Shown one piece after another: positions 11,395 to 21,692 of a stretch of 64,000 bases of DNA. Below the pieces are notes generated by a model. It was not told the DNA's origin, did not search any database, and saw nothing but the letters and a program-made list of their open reading frames with translations. The translations under genes were made by a program, and so were the position numbers. The DNA comes from Candidatus Bathyarchaeota archaeon (GTDB lineage: Archaea > Thermoproteota > Bathyarchaeia > Bathyarchaeales > Bathycorpusculaceae): the NCBI GenBank assembly GCA_963833575.1, contig CAWHXY010000008.1, positions 32,001 through 96,000 on the forward strand, given 5' to 3'. Each line of letters begins with the position of its first letter. Within the stretch, counting starts at the first letter, position 1.

Positions 11395-12435
11395 ATGACG
11401 GAAAATGAAGTTAATACTGTTGAATCCCCCGAAGTAAGCGTCATTTTGGCAACAAAAGGCGACAAGTTGGGCTTTTTGAAAAATTGCTTAGAGTCATTGA
11501 AAAAACAGAAGTTTAGATCCTTCGAAATTATTGTTGTTTCTAAAAGGTTCCCTGAACAACTTAAAGATTTTTTTGAAAGCGAACATATTAGATTTCTCGA
11601 AGAAAAAGGATCGACCTTAGGTGCAGCCAGAAACTTGGGTGTTAGGAACGCCAAAGGAAAATTGGTTTCTTTCATCGATGATGATGCTGAAGCATCGGTG
11701 GATTGGCTTGATAAAATATCTATGACTTTTTCCCGTTTTCCTTCATTGTGTTGTTTGGGTGGACCACATTTTACTCCTCAAGAAGAATCAGAAAAGAACC
11801 CGCTAAGATTTGTCGAGGGTTCATTTGGGGAGGCTCATTTACAAAAAACTTACTTTGACAAATCAGCTGTTGGAAAGATTGCAGGTTGTAACGTGACGTA
11901 CAAAAGATCTGTCTTTCAGGAAATAGGTTATTTAAATGAGAATTTAAAAACGTGCGAAGATTGGGAGTTCAATAGACGATTATTGGAAAACGGATATAGT
12001 TTGCGCTTTGATTCAGAAATTTGGGTCTTGCACCATAGACAGGGGCTAAAGCATGCTTTTCAAGGCAGTTCGAAAAGCGCACCCTTTTTCTTGTCTTGGA
12101 AAACTCTCAAACTTTCGAGGTACGACTCTCTTCTTGCTTCATTCTATGGTACAAATTTGGTTTTTATTTTGCTTCTTATTATTCTTTTTATTTCTCCTTA
12201 TCTCTTTGTTTTGATATTCTTTTCATTTTTGGTGGGGTATGTAATTTTTACTGCAGTAAGAACAAAGACATATGATCGTAAGATTTTTTATTTTCCTTTG
12301 GCGATTTTGTTTACAATAGCAAGAATACTGGGTTTCTATTTTGGGCTGCTCAAGTACGCGGCAATTAAGTTGCACACACATTTTGCACGTCCCGCTTCGC
12401 TTGTTGAACAATCTTCGTCGAGTCAATCCTTGTAA
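11395..12435 (+). CDS. Glycosyltransferase family 2 with C-terminal TM helices
   Basis: VSVIL, GAARNLG, FIDDDAE and CEDWEF motifs, hydrophobic C-terminus. Confidence 0.9.
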   Translation: MTENEVNTVESPEVSVILATKGDKLGFLKNCLESLKKQKFRSFEIIVVSKRFPEQLKDFFESEHIRFLEEKGSTLGAARNLGVRNAKGKLVSFIDDDAEASVDWLDKISMTFSRFPSLCCLGGPHFTPQEESEKNPLRFVEGSFGEAHLQKTYFDKSAVGKIAGCNVTYKRSVFQEIGYLNENLKTCEDWEFNRRLLENGYSLRFDSEIWVLHHRQGLKHAFQGSSKSAPFFLSWKTLKLSRYDSLLASFYGTNLVFILLLIILFISPYLFVLIFFSFLVGYVIFTAVRTKTYDRKIFYFPLAILFTIARILGFYFGLLKYAAIKLHTHFARPASLVEQSSSSQSL

Positions 12436-12845
12436 TATTTTGCAAAAGCGGTATTACGCATAGAGAAAACCTTGGCTACTTATGGATCGAGCAATCATTG
12501 ACGGGTTATAGGGACATTATTCCAATCATAGATACGGCGTCACTGATGCTCATAAGCACAAGTTCCCCGGCGGGACATTTTTCTGTGGTCTAGATGTAGC
12601 TGCAAGAGCTATGAACGAACGCACAGAAAGTTAATCCTTTCTGATACTACTACAAATAACTTTTTCAAACATTGATTGGCAATGTTGCATTTTCTTAAGG
12701 GCACACAACTAGTTATAGGCAGGAAAATTGTGTGACATTATTCGAAATCCGCTGTTTTTCTTTAGTTAATAAAAGAGTTGCCCCATCCGATAAAGTATCG
12801 ATTTAAAGAACCGACTCTTATGGTTCGAAGCTAATTGATATTGAG

Positions 12846-15800
12846 TTGATGCTGAACATGAGAAAAGTCATGATGATTATACCAGTTTTGACTATACTTG
12901 CGGATATTGCAATTTTGTTTGACATCCCAGTTCTTAGAGAAATCATTGTCTTTATCTTTTTATCATTTATACCTGGATTTGCACTTCTCAGACTGTTCAA
13001 ACTGAAAGAGATCAGTCTTCTAGACACTGTTTTGTTCTCGGTAGCTCTGAGCATTACTTTTGTAATGCTTTTGGGTTTGTTAATTAATGAGCTTTATCTG
13101 TATCTTGGCTTTTCCCAACCTTTGTCGACTATTCCATTGACGGTTGGAATTTCTGTTTTTACATTGGCTGCTTTTTTAATCGAATATAGGCGCGATTTGT
13201 CAGAGACTTTGAAGCAGAAAACAAGTTCTGAAGGCAAACTAAGAAATGTTTTTCCTTTGTCCATAATCCTGATTCTTCTACCTCTTATCAGTGCACTAGG
13301 TGTTTTGTATCTTAATGTTCCCCTTATTCTCATTTCATACGCAATAATCGCGGCTTTATGTGTTATGTGCGCGTTGTCCAGAAGAGTGGTTCCAGAAAAC
13401 TTATTCCCTTTTTTAATTTTTTCAATTTCTATAGCTCTTGTTTGTCAAGTTCCGTTAACTTCAAAATATATTATAGGCTCCGACACTAACCTTGAATATT
13501 ACGTTTTCAGGTTAACCCAGATAAATGGAAACTGGGGTTTTCTTAATGCACAGGTTAACTCGTTGGCAGCGCTAACCTATGACTCCATGCTATCAATTAC
13601 CTTGTTGCCAGCAGTCTATTCCGCTCTAATGCATGCTCAGGGCGAAATAGTATTCAAACTCTTTTACTCTTTCATTTTTTGTTTCATACCATTAACTATG
13701 TACAGAATTTGCGAAAAACAGTTCGGAAAACTAATTGGTCTTTTCTCCGCGCTCTTCTTTGTTTTCACTGTTACAGCTTTTTACGGAGTTGTGCCATTAA
13801 GTGTTGACAGACAAATTGTCGGCGAGCTTTTTCTCATGCTCTCTGTTTTCTTATTGATAAACAAAACCATCCCAGTAACAAAACGAAGGTTGCTCTTGAT
13901 AATTTTTGGAGCCGCTTTAGTACTATCACATTACTCCCTTGCTTATATTTTTCTAGCAATTGTAGCCGTTGTTTTCATCATCTCAAAAGCCAAGCTCAAA
14001 TTTGATGATACACTTAACACTGTGACTGTATTGTTTCTTTTTGTGATTACTTTCACATGGTACTCTTTAGGGCCTAACTCGCCACTGATATCATTGACTA
14101 ACGTCTTTAAATTAACTTTCGCGGAGCTAACTTCAGGTGTACAGTCTGCTAATGCGCTTGGAAGTACAGCATCTAGTAGTGTGCTCGCAGTTCCTCAAGT
14201 TTTTACTGCAGCCAGCTGGATTAATCTATTTCTGTCGGGTATTGCAAATTTCTTCTTAATAATAGGAGTTCTCTCAATAGTATTGAGACCAAAAGAAAAA
14301 GGCATTTTAGAACAGTACAAAATAATGACACTTGTAGCTGCAATCATCCTTGTCGCTTCGCTTATTGCCCCAAGCATTGCCCAAATTCTCAATTTCACCA
14401 GATTCTACGGAATAACTTTGCTAGTCTTGTCGCCTTGCTTTGTCCTAGGGGGCCAAACTATTCTGACAACAATTGGAAAAGCATGGACAAAAACTGAGCG
14501 ACGTCTAAAACCTCAGGTTGTCTCAAAAAGTAAGAAGATGGACATAGTGCTCTTGTTAATTGCAATTTTGCTAAGTGCCTATTTCCTATCGCAAGTTGGT
14601 TTTATCAATAGCGTTACCAATGGTGCCATCCACTCTTATTCACTTGATTTTAATAGAATGCTCACATCGAACGATGTCCAAGTCAAAATTAATCTTTACG
14701 AAAGTTACATTCCAGTGCAAGATGTATTTAGTGCAACTTGGTTATCAAACCATAAAGTTGAAACAACAAAGGTCTTCGCTGATTCTCTTTCTGAATCTCA
14801 TGTACTTTGGAGCTACGGTTTAATTCCAAACGAACTATTACTTAAATTAGATAATACAACGAATCCAACGCAAGATAGCTTCATTTACTTAGGAAGTTTA
14901 AATGTACTGAATGGTGTAATGACTACCCACAGTGGATCATTCAACACATCTAAAATTTCGTTTCTTCTCGATCAAAACAATCTAGTGTATTCAAATGGCA
15001 ATAGTAAGATATGGTATGTTGCTAACGCTCGTGCTGGTTCTCAGATTGGTAACACATCTGAGCCTTCAACGGTGAATAAGGCTAATTTGCCTTCGACTAC
15101 GACGACTGTGCTTTCTTCGTCTTCTATTGCGTTTGGTGGTTCTGTTACGGATACGGCGACTGTTGCGCCTGGTGGTACTGGCTCGGTTACTTTTTGGGTT
15201 TCAAGTAATGGTGGTTCTTCTTGGGTTCAATATGATGGTGAGACTTTGTCGGGTGGTTCTGCTACTTCTGCTTCATATACTCCGTTTAGTTCTGGCACTT
15301 ATTACTTTAGGGCTGTTTATTCTGGGGATGCGCAGTATGCTGGTTCTCAGAGTGGTGACACCGCTGAGCTTTTGACGGTGAATAAGGCTAATTTGCCTTC
15401 GACTACGACGACTGTGCTTTCTTCGTCTTCTATTGCGTTTGGTGGTTCTGTTACGGATACGGCGACTGTTGCGCCTGGTGGTACTGGCTCGGTTACTTTT
15501 TGGGTTTCAAGTAATGGTGGTTCTTCTTGGGTTCAATATGATGGTGAGACTTTGTCGGGTGGTTCTGCTACTTCTGCTTCATATACTCCGTTTAGTTCTG
15601 GCACTTATTACTTTAGGGCTGTTTATTCTGGGGATGCGCAGTATGCTGGTTCTCAGAGTGGTGACACCGCTGAGCTTTTGACGGTGAATAAGGCTAATTT
15701 GCCTTCGACTACGACGACTGTGCTTTCTTCGTCTTCTATTGCGTTTGGTGGTTCTGTTACGGATACGGCGACTGTTGCGCCTGGTGGTACTGGCTCGGTT

Positions 15801-16304
15801 ACTTTTTGGGTTTCAAGTAATGGTGGTTCTTCTTGGGTTCAATATGATGGTGAGACTTTGTCGGGTGGTTCTGCTACTTCTGCTTCATATACTCCGTTTA
15901 GTTCTGGCACTTATTACTTTAGGGCTGTTTATTCTGGGGATGCGCAGTATGCTGGTTCTCAGAGTGGTGACACCGCTGAGCTTTTGACGGTGAATAAGGC
16001 TAATTTGCCTTCGACTACGACGACTGTGCTTTCTTCGTCTTCTATTGCGTTTGGTGGTTCTGTTACGGATACGGCGACTGTTGCGCCTGGTGGTACTGGC
16101 TCGGTTACTTTTTGGGTTTCAAGTAATGGTGGTTCTTCTTGGGTTCAATATGATGGTGAGACTTTGTCGGGTGGTTCTGCTACTTCTGCTTCATATACTC
16201 CGTTTAGTTCTGGCACTTATTACTTTAGGGCTGTTTATTCTGGGGATGCGCAGTATGCTGGTTCTCAGAGTGGTGACACCGCTGAGCGTTTGGTCGTTCA
16301 TTAG
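12846..16304 (+). CDS. DUF2206-family polytopic membrane protein fused to four Ig-like repeats
   Basis: FIPGFALLR, GSDTNLEYY, DRQIVGELF, LSHYSLAY and LVYSNGNSKIW motifs (DUF2206-like), then 4x102-aa repeats. Confidence 0.82.
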   Translation: MMLNMRKVMMIIPVLTILADIAILFDIPVLREIIVFIFLSFIPGFALLRLFKLKEISLLDTVLFSVALSITFVMLLGLLINELYLYLGFSQPLSTIPLTVGISVFTLAAFLIEYRRDLSETLKQKTSSEGKLRNVFPLSIILILLPLISALGVLYLNVPLILISYAIIAALCVMCALSRRVVPENLFPFLIFSISIALVCQVPLTSKYIIGSDTNLEYYVFRLTQINGNWGFLNAQVNSLAALTYDSMLSITLLPAVYSALMHAQGEIVFKLFYSFIFCFIPLTMYRICEKQFGKLIGLFSALFFVFTVTAFYGVVPLSVDRQIVGELFLMLSVFLLINKTIPVTKRRLLLIIFGAALVLSHYSLAYIFLAIVAVVFIISKAKLKFDDTLNTVTVLFLFVITFTWYSLGPNSPLISLTNVFKLTFAELTSGVQSANALGSTASSSVLAVPQVFTAASWINLFLSGIANFFLIIGVLSIVLRPKEKGILEQYKIMTLVAAIILVASLIAPSIAQILNFTRFYGITLLVLSPCFVLGGQTILTTIGKAWTKTERRLKPQVVSKSKKMDIVLLLIAILLSAYFLSQVGFINSVTNGAIHSYSLDFNRMLTSNDVQVKINLYESYIPVQDVFSATWLSNHKVETTKVFADSLSESHVLWSYGLIPNELLLKLDNTTNPTQDSFIYLGSLNVLNGVMTTHSGSFNTSKISFLLDQNNLVYSNGNSKIWYVANARAGSQIGNTSEPSTVNKANLPSTTTTVLSSSSIAFGGSVTDTATVAPGGTGSVTFWVSSNGGSSWVQYDGETLSGGSATSASYTPFSSGTYYFRAVYSGDAQYAGSQSGDTAELLTVNKANLPSTTTTVLSSSSIAFGGSVTDTATVAPGGTGSVTFWVSSNGGSSWVQYDGETLSGGSATSASYTPFSSGTYYFRAVYSGDAQYAGSQSGDTAELLTVNKANLPSTTTTVLSSSSIAFGGSVTDTATVAPGGTGSVTFWVSSNGGSSWVQYDGETLSGGSATSASYTPFSSGTYYFRAVYSGDAQYAGSQSGDTAELLTVNKANLPSTTTTVLSSSSIAFGGSVTDTATVAPGGTGSVTFWVSSNGGSSWVQYDGETLSGGSATSASYTPFSSGTYYFRAVYSGDAQYAGSQSGDTAERLVVH
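15069..16287 (+). repeat. Four tandem 306-bp repeats, apparently identical
   Basis: acggtgaataaggctaatttgcc recurs at 15069, 15375, 15681 and 15987; off-frame ORF translations are also identical. Confidence 0.95.
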
Positions 16305-16548
16305 ACCTATTAGTGCGCGCTTGTAGTTATTGACAACGGCTCAAAGGGCAATGATGCTGAAGTTATAAAAGAAAAATTTTGGAGGTTAGTTTGAGTGTAT
16401 ATTCAAGTGGTAATAGTGACATACTGTATATACTCCTGCCCATTGATTCATTGCAAGAATATCCAATTATTTTGAACATGAAAGGACAAAATAAGAAAAG
16501 GTAATAAGCGCGCCAGCTATTTCTGTTGCAAAAACTAATCTAGCCAGT

Positions 16549-17517
16549 ATGTGGATAATCATGGCGATAAATCTCTTAAAAAGAAAAGTGGGAGACTTAG
16601 TCGCGTACAGCCTCTCATTGACTTTGCCGAGGAAAGTGATGAAGGATAGTCGTTACTTCTATCTCTGGGAGAAGAGAGGTTTCCACGTTACACCCATAGA
16701 TTACTATTTTCCTATTCCTGACACCAGAGAATTGGGAGATGAACTATGGACGCAACACTCTGATATGGTGGGTGTTGATTTAAATGAAGGCGGTCAACTC
16801 AGGCTTCTAGAGTTGTTCTTATCTCAATTCAAGAATGAATATGACGGCTTTCCACTACAAAAAACGACGACACCGTACAGATACTACATTAACAATGGAG
16901 CAATTGGAAGTGTGGATGGCGAAATACTCTATTGTATGGTTCGCCACTTCAAACCAAAGAGAGTAATTGAAATAGGCTCAGGAAATTCTACATATCTCTT
17001 TGCGGAAGCAATTCTAAAGAACAAAGAGGAAAATCCGAACTACGACTGCAAGTTAACTGCAATTGAACCATATCCTAACCCTGTTCTCAAGAAAGGATTT
17101 CCCGGATTGTCAGAACTGATTCCAAGGCGCATCCAGACCCTTCCTCTGACAGATTTTATGAAACTGAATGAAAATGACATTCTATTTATTGACTCTACAC
17201 ATGTTTTGCAAGTTGGAAGTGATGTTAGATACGAATATTTGGAGATATTACCCCGACTAAAAAATGGCGTAATAGTTCATGCACACGACATTTTTCTTCC
17301 TGCAGAATATCCCAAGGAGTGGGTTCGGAAGAAGGCCATATTCTGGAATGAGCAATATATGCTTCAAGCTTTTCTTAGTTTCAATAATGGCTTTGAAGTA
17401 CTATGGGCTGGGAGCTACATGCATCTAAAAAACCCCGATAAATTAGAGGAAGCTTTTCGTTCATACAAGAGAAACGAAAGGCGCCCAGGCAGCTTTTGGA
17501 TTAGACGAGTCAAATAG
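16549..17517 (+). CDS. Class I SAM-dependent methyltransferase (Methyltransf_24-like)
   Basis: VIEIGSGNST, LFIDSTHV, VHAHDIFLP and WNEQY motifs. Confidence 0.88.
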   Translation: MWIIMAINLLKRKVGDLVAYSLSLTLPRKVMKDSRYFYLWEKRGFHVTPIDYYFPIPDTRELGDELWTQHSDMVGVDLNEGGQLRLLELFLSQFKNEYDGFPLQKTTTPYRYYINNGAIGSVDGEILYCMVRHFKPKRVIEIGSGNSTYLFAEAILKNKEENPNYDCKLTAIEPYPNPVLKKGFPGLSELIPRRIQTLPLTDFMKLNENDILFIDSTHVLQVGSDVRYEYLEILPRLKNGVIVHAHDIFLPAEYPKEWVRKKAIFWNEQYMLQAFLSFNNGFEVLWAGSYMHLKNPDKLEEAFRSYKRNERRPGSFWIRRVK

Positions 17518-17903
17518 CTTGATGTGAGCTAAAAGTGCGCGTTTTAACAAATATCCATCTCAAGCTAACCTTGCGCGACACAATCACAATTTTGATACGA
17601 CAAACTCAACTTTTCATCAATTTCTTCATTAGTAAACCTTTGTTTTTAGTTATTTATCGCCTTTTGTAACTGTATTATTGGCCCTTAGAATTCTTAACCA
17701 GAATTATTTTACCGAGTGTTGAAACTTAGCTCGCAACGCGCTCAAAACATTCTTTGCTCAGAAAGAGAGCAATGAGTCTTGGAATATCTATTTACTCTCA
17801 CCAGGCTTTTCAAACTCGGTGTTTATTTTCTTGGCTGTTGAGCGGGCACTTAATATGTCAGATAGGTCATTTCTCAGAGTAAATTGTTTAGAGGCAAGTA
17901 TCT

Positions 17904-18830
17904 ATGCAGGCTGTTTGTCCTAAGGTAGCGATTGTAATACTTAATTGGAATGGGTTATCTGACACTTTAGAATGCTTAGAGTCTCTTAAGACGGTTGTAT
18001 ATCCAAACTATGAGCTTGTAGTTATTGACAACGGCTCAAAGGGCAATGATGCTGAAGTTATAAAAGAAAAATTTGGAGCTTTCGTTTCCGTCGTGGAAGA
18101 AGAAAAAAACCTTGGTTTTGTAGGTGGTTGCAACGTTGGGATCCGTTGGGGGCTCCACTTTGGTGCTAAATACATTCTTCTGTTGAATAACGACACCGTT
18201 GTGGATCCTTGCTTTTTATCTGAATTGGTCGATGTTGCTCAAAATGATGTGCAAATTGGAATAGTTGGTCCAAAGGTTTACTATTATGGTCAACCCACAA
18301 GAGATGCCACCGCTGGTGGCAAGGTGAATTTTTGGACCGGCAATACCCCTCTTTTTAGAAAAAGTGCAACTGATGATGGGCAATTCGATAACATTGAAGA
18401 GGTTGATTTTGTTTCTGGTTGTGCCTTGTTAATAAAAGAAGAAACGATTCGGCGGATTGGTCTCTTAAATGAAATGTATTTTGCTTATTATGAAGAAACA
18501 GAATGGTGCACAAAGGCAAAGAAAGCAGGATTTAAAGTAGTTTATGTGCCGAAGGCAAAAATTTGGCACAAAGCACAAACGAGGACAAGTGAATTGGCCA
18601 TGTATCTTATGACTCGAAATCGATTCTTGTTTGTGAAAAGAAACTCTAGCAGCTTTCAACTAATCATTTTCAACATTTTTTTTCTAACGACCGATCTAAT
18701 ACTTCAAATGTACAGGAAGCTCTTCTTGAAGCCAAAGTTGTTTGTTGCATATCTTAAAGGTGTTCGCGACGGTTTACGCTTGCTTGCCTACCCTAAACAA
18801 AGCAAAGATGCTTGGAAAATACGTGCGTAA
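17904..18830 (+). CDS. Glycosyltransferase family 2 (rhamnosyltransferase-like)
   Basis: IVILNWNG, VIDNGS, LLLNNDT, VSGCALL and YYEETEW motifs. Confidence 0.92.
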   Translation: MQAVCPKVAIVILNWNGLSDTLECLESLKTVVYPNYELVVIDNGSKGNDAEVIKEKFGAFVSVVEEEKNLGFVGGCNVGIRWGLHFGAKYILLLNNDTVVDPCFLSELVDVAQNDVQIGIVGPKVYYYGQPTRDATAGGKVNFWTGNTPLFRKSATDDGQFDNIEEVDFVSGCALLIKEETIRRIGLLNEMYFAYYEETEWCTKAKKAGFKVVYVPKAKIWHKAQTRTSELAMYLMTRNRFLFVKRNSSSFQLIIFNIFFLTTDLILQMYRKLFLKPKLFVAYLKGVRDGLRLLAYPKQSKDAWKIRA

Positions 18831-19211
18831 CAATTGAAGAGGAAAATTTTGTTAAGGAATAATGTCTTCCTAAAAGTTTATTAGGAAAAAGTTCTGCATT
18901 GGACAGACCCTATGTAGTTGGCGAGTTAGATCTAGGTTTTATGAAACCTAAAATTCCTAAATCTATTGAAAAGATCTTCTTTGGTTATTAATAGGTTTTC
19001 AGTTTGAGGTTAAAAATAGTTTCATCACTGTCTTTGACTTAGCATTCAGAATTATCTTGGGGAGTTCTAAACAAATTTCTCATTTTCATTATTAAAGTAT
19101 TGTAGTCTCAACTGAGAACAATTGGCTGCAAACAAGTTTTTGACAAAGATAATAAGAAACTTTATATTAAATTTATTCATACGTTCGCAGTAAGAACTTG
19201 AGTGAGACTCT

Positions 19212-20537
19212 ATGGATATCTGGAATATCTTCGACTCTATGAATTCAGGTGTTTTTAAGAAGGCTAGAGATAGACTTCCCCTGAAATTACAAGGACTCGT
19301 GTGGAAAATTATGGATGCATTGAAATTTTTCAGTGCAAAATTATGGTTGATGATTACTAGTAAGAAAAACGTGCCAAATCCAGCGACGATTTACTGGATT
19401 TCTCCTAATAGAATTATTTACTTAACGAATTACAAAAAGGTTGACATTTCAGATCCGACGTCTCCACAAGAAAGTGTCTTTCCTAATAACATGCGTGGAA
19501 AGGTAATTGACGGAAATTGGGACATCGCTGATTTCAAATTTGCCGACGTCGATCACATGGATGCTTTCAAACAGAGGATAAAAGATGGCGCCGAGTGGGA
19601 AGATACTAGATTTTACAAGAGATTTCTTAAAGAAATTGAATCTGGCAGAACTGTTTGGAACATGAAGAACAAGAGTGATCTTGACCAACACTGCAGACAT
19701 CACGATGAACTTTACGAAAAAATAAAAAACGAAGGATACCATCTCAATATTGACAAAAGAACGAAGATTGCCTCAAATGAGATTGATGTAAACATTGGAC
19801 GAAATGGAGAATATCTTTTTCAAAATGGAGTTCATAGGCTTTCAATAGCGAAAACCCTCGAGATAAAATCAGTACCTGTGATGGTTTATGTAAGACACAA
19901 GCAATGGCAGGATTTCAGGGAACGCTTGATTGAATATGCTCGATTGGAACCCGAGGGAAAACTGTATCAACCACCGATTCACCCTGATCTCGCTGACATA
20001 CCATTTGAAAATCAGAAACATGAATGGCTGCGCCTCATGGAAACAATTGAAAAACACCTGTCAAAAAAGAATGGACTGATGCTTGATATAGGTGCAAATC
20101 TCGGTTTCTTTTGTCACAAATTCGAGGATATTGGCTATCGTTGCTACGCTATTGAACAAGAACTCGTGACATCTCAGATCGCGGAGAAAATTAGAATCGC
20201 TGAAGACAAAAAATTCACGATAATCAATAAGTCAATAATAGATGCCGAATTTGTAAGAACCACGGAATTTGACGTCGTACTAGCGCTGAATATTTTCCAT
20301 TGGTTCTTGCAGACAAAAACATCGTTTTTTCAACTCCAAGACTTACTGAAAGATCTAAAAACAACTGAAATGTTTTTTGAGCCACATCTGCAAAGCGAAA
20401 ATCAAATGAAAAACACATACATAAATTTTAATGAAACCGAATTCGTTGACTTCATGTTGCATCATACATCTCTGAACAAAGCCAGTCTAATATACACCGA
20501 CCCTTGCGGGAGACATGTCTTCAAGTTATCCAAATAG
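19212..20537 (+). CDS. ParB/Srx-like domain fused to a WbdD-like SAM methyltransferase
   Basis: IDVNIGRNGEYLFQNGVHRLSIAK (ParB/Srx-like GxHR); LYQPPIHP, LDIGANLGFF and FDVVLALNIFHW (MTase). Confidence 0.7.
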   Translation: MDIWNIFDSMNSGVFKKARDRLPLKLQGLVWKIMDALKFFSAKLWLMITSKKNVPNPATIYWISPNRIIYLTNYKKVDISDPTSPQESVFPNNMRGKVIDGNWDIADFKFADVDHMDAFKQRIKDGAEWEDTRFYKRFLKEIESGRTVWNMKNKSDLDQHCRHHDELYEKIKNEGYHLNIDKRTKIASNEIDVNIGRNGEYLFQNGVHRLSIAKTLEIKSVPVMVYVRHKQWQDFRERLIEYARLEPEGKLYQPPIHPDLADIPFENQKHEWLRLMETIEKHLSKKNGLMLDIGANLGFFCHKFEDIGYRCYAIEQELVTSQIAEKIRIAEDKKFTIINKSIIDAEFVRTTEFDVVLALNIFHWFLQTKTSFFQLQDLLKDLKTTEMFFEPHLQSENQMKNTYINFNETEFVDFMLHHTSLNKASLIYTDPCGRHVFKLSK

Positions 20538-20731
20538 GCAATTGATATAGTCATCAATGCTAAATTTGGCTCATAATTTTTTTGAGGAAAATAGATGACA
20601 TTAAAAGATGTTATTTCACAAATATCGAGATTAATATACATGAGATTACATAGTCGGACTCGGCTAAGTGAAGCCAAAAGAGAGCAAAACACTGCTGTCC
20701 CAAATTTACTATCAAACGAAATAGGCTGAGA

Positions 20732-21634
20732 GTGATTAAAATGAACACAAAAGTGACCATAGGATTATGCGTTAAGAACGGCGCGAAAATTGTGAAAACA
20801 GCTTTTAATAGTATTTCTATTCAAGATTATCCTCATGAATTGATGAAGTTGGTAATAGTTGATAATGGTAGTACTGATAACACTTTATCACTCGCGATGG
20901 AGTTTGCTCAAAAAACAGATATTAAGACTTTTGTTACATCCAACAAGGGCGGGCTTGGAGTCATTAGGCAGATCGCCGTAGATAATGCCGAAGGCGATTA
21001 TATAGTTTGGGTAGACGACGATCTTGTGCTCTCGAAAAATTTCGTGAAAAATCAGGTGGAGTTTATGGAAAAAAACCCAAATGTAGGTGCAGCAAAAGGT
21101 GCTGGTGCTCCTGTATCCAATCCGGCGACAATAATTGCCATAGCGTCGTATGGCAATATACTTGACGCTCACTCACAAAACCCGAAAAAAATCGGTACTG
21201 GAGGCGCTATTTTTCGACTTAAAGCTTTAGAAAGTGTAGGTGGGTTTGATGTTCGAATCAAAGGTGCAGGGGAAGACATAGATGTTTCGCGAAGAATAAC
21301 AGAGTCAGGATGGGCGTTGTCAGTTAATACTTCAGCAATACTCGACAAAAAGGATAAGCCGGCAACATTGAAAGCTTTGTGGAAAAAAAATCGTTGGTAT
21401 GGTTATGCGAGACACTTCCGCTTCCACAAGTATAAAGATCGACGGGAGCTGATTTACTACTTTCCACCTTTTGCACTATTAGGGGGATTCATGATGTCAT
21501 GTTCAATTTATCGCTTGACTAACATGAAAAAGGTATTTTTTTTCCCATTTCTCCATTCTTTTAGCATGACAGCCGATTATGTTGGGTTTATTCATGCTCA
21601 TCACGACGGGTATGGTCATGATAATACCAGTTAA
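20732..21634 (+). CDS. Glycosyltransferase family 2
   Basis: IVDNGSTD, WVDDDLV and GGFD...GAGEDID motifs. Confidence 0.9.
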   Translation: MIKMNTKVTIGLCVKNGAKIVKTAFNSISIQDYPHELMKLVIVDNGSTDNTLSLAMEFAQKTDIKTFVTSNKGGLGVIRQIAVDNAEGDYIVWVDDDLVLSKNFVKNQVEFMEKNPNVGAAKGAGAPVSNPATIIAIASYGNILDAHSQNPKKIGTGGAIFRLKALESVGGFDVRIKGAGEDIDVSRRITESGWALSVNTSAILDKKDKPATLKALWKKNRWYGYARHFRFHKYKDRRELIYYFPPFALLGGFMMSCSIYRLTNMKKVFFFPFLHSFSMTADYVGFIHAHHDGYGHDNTS

Positions 21635-21692
21635 GATCAAGATTCAATGCAATTTATAAAAATAGACCGCTTTTAATCACCCGATTCCGTGA

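Noticed and set aside
15127-16326. Four identical ~82-aa ORFs (also 8557-9429)
   Set aside because: Alternate-frame readings of the 306/300-bp coding repeats.
18860-18952. Two small hairpins (TTCCTAA/TTAGGAA; TAGGTTT/AAACCTA)
   Set aside because: 7-bp AT-rich stems are expected by chance; no further support.
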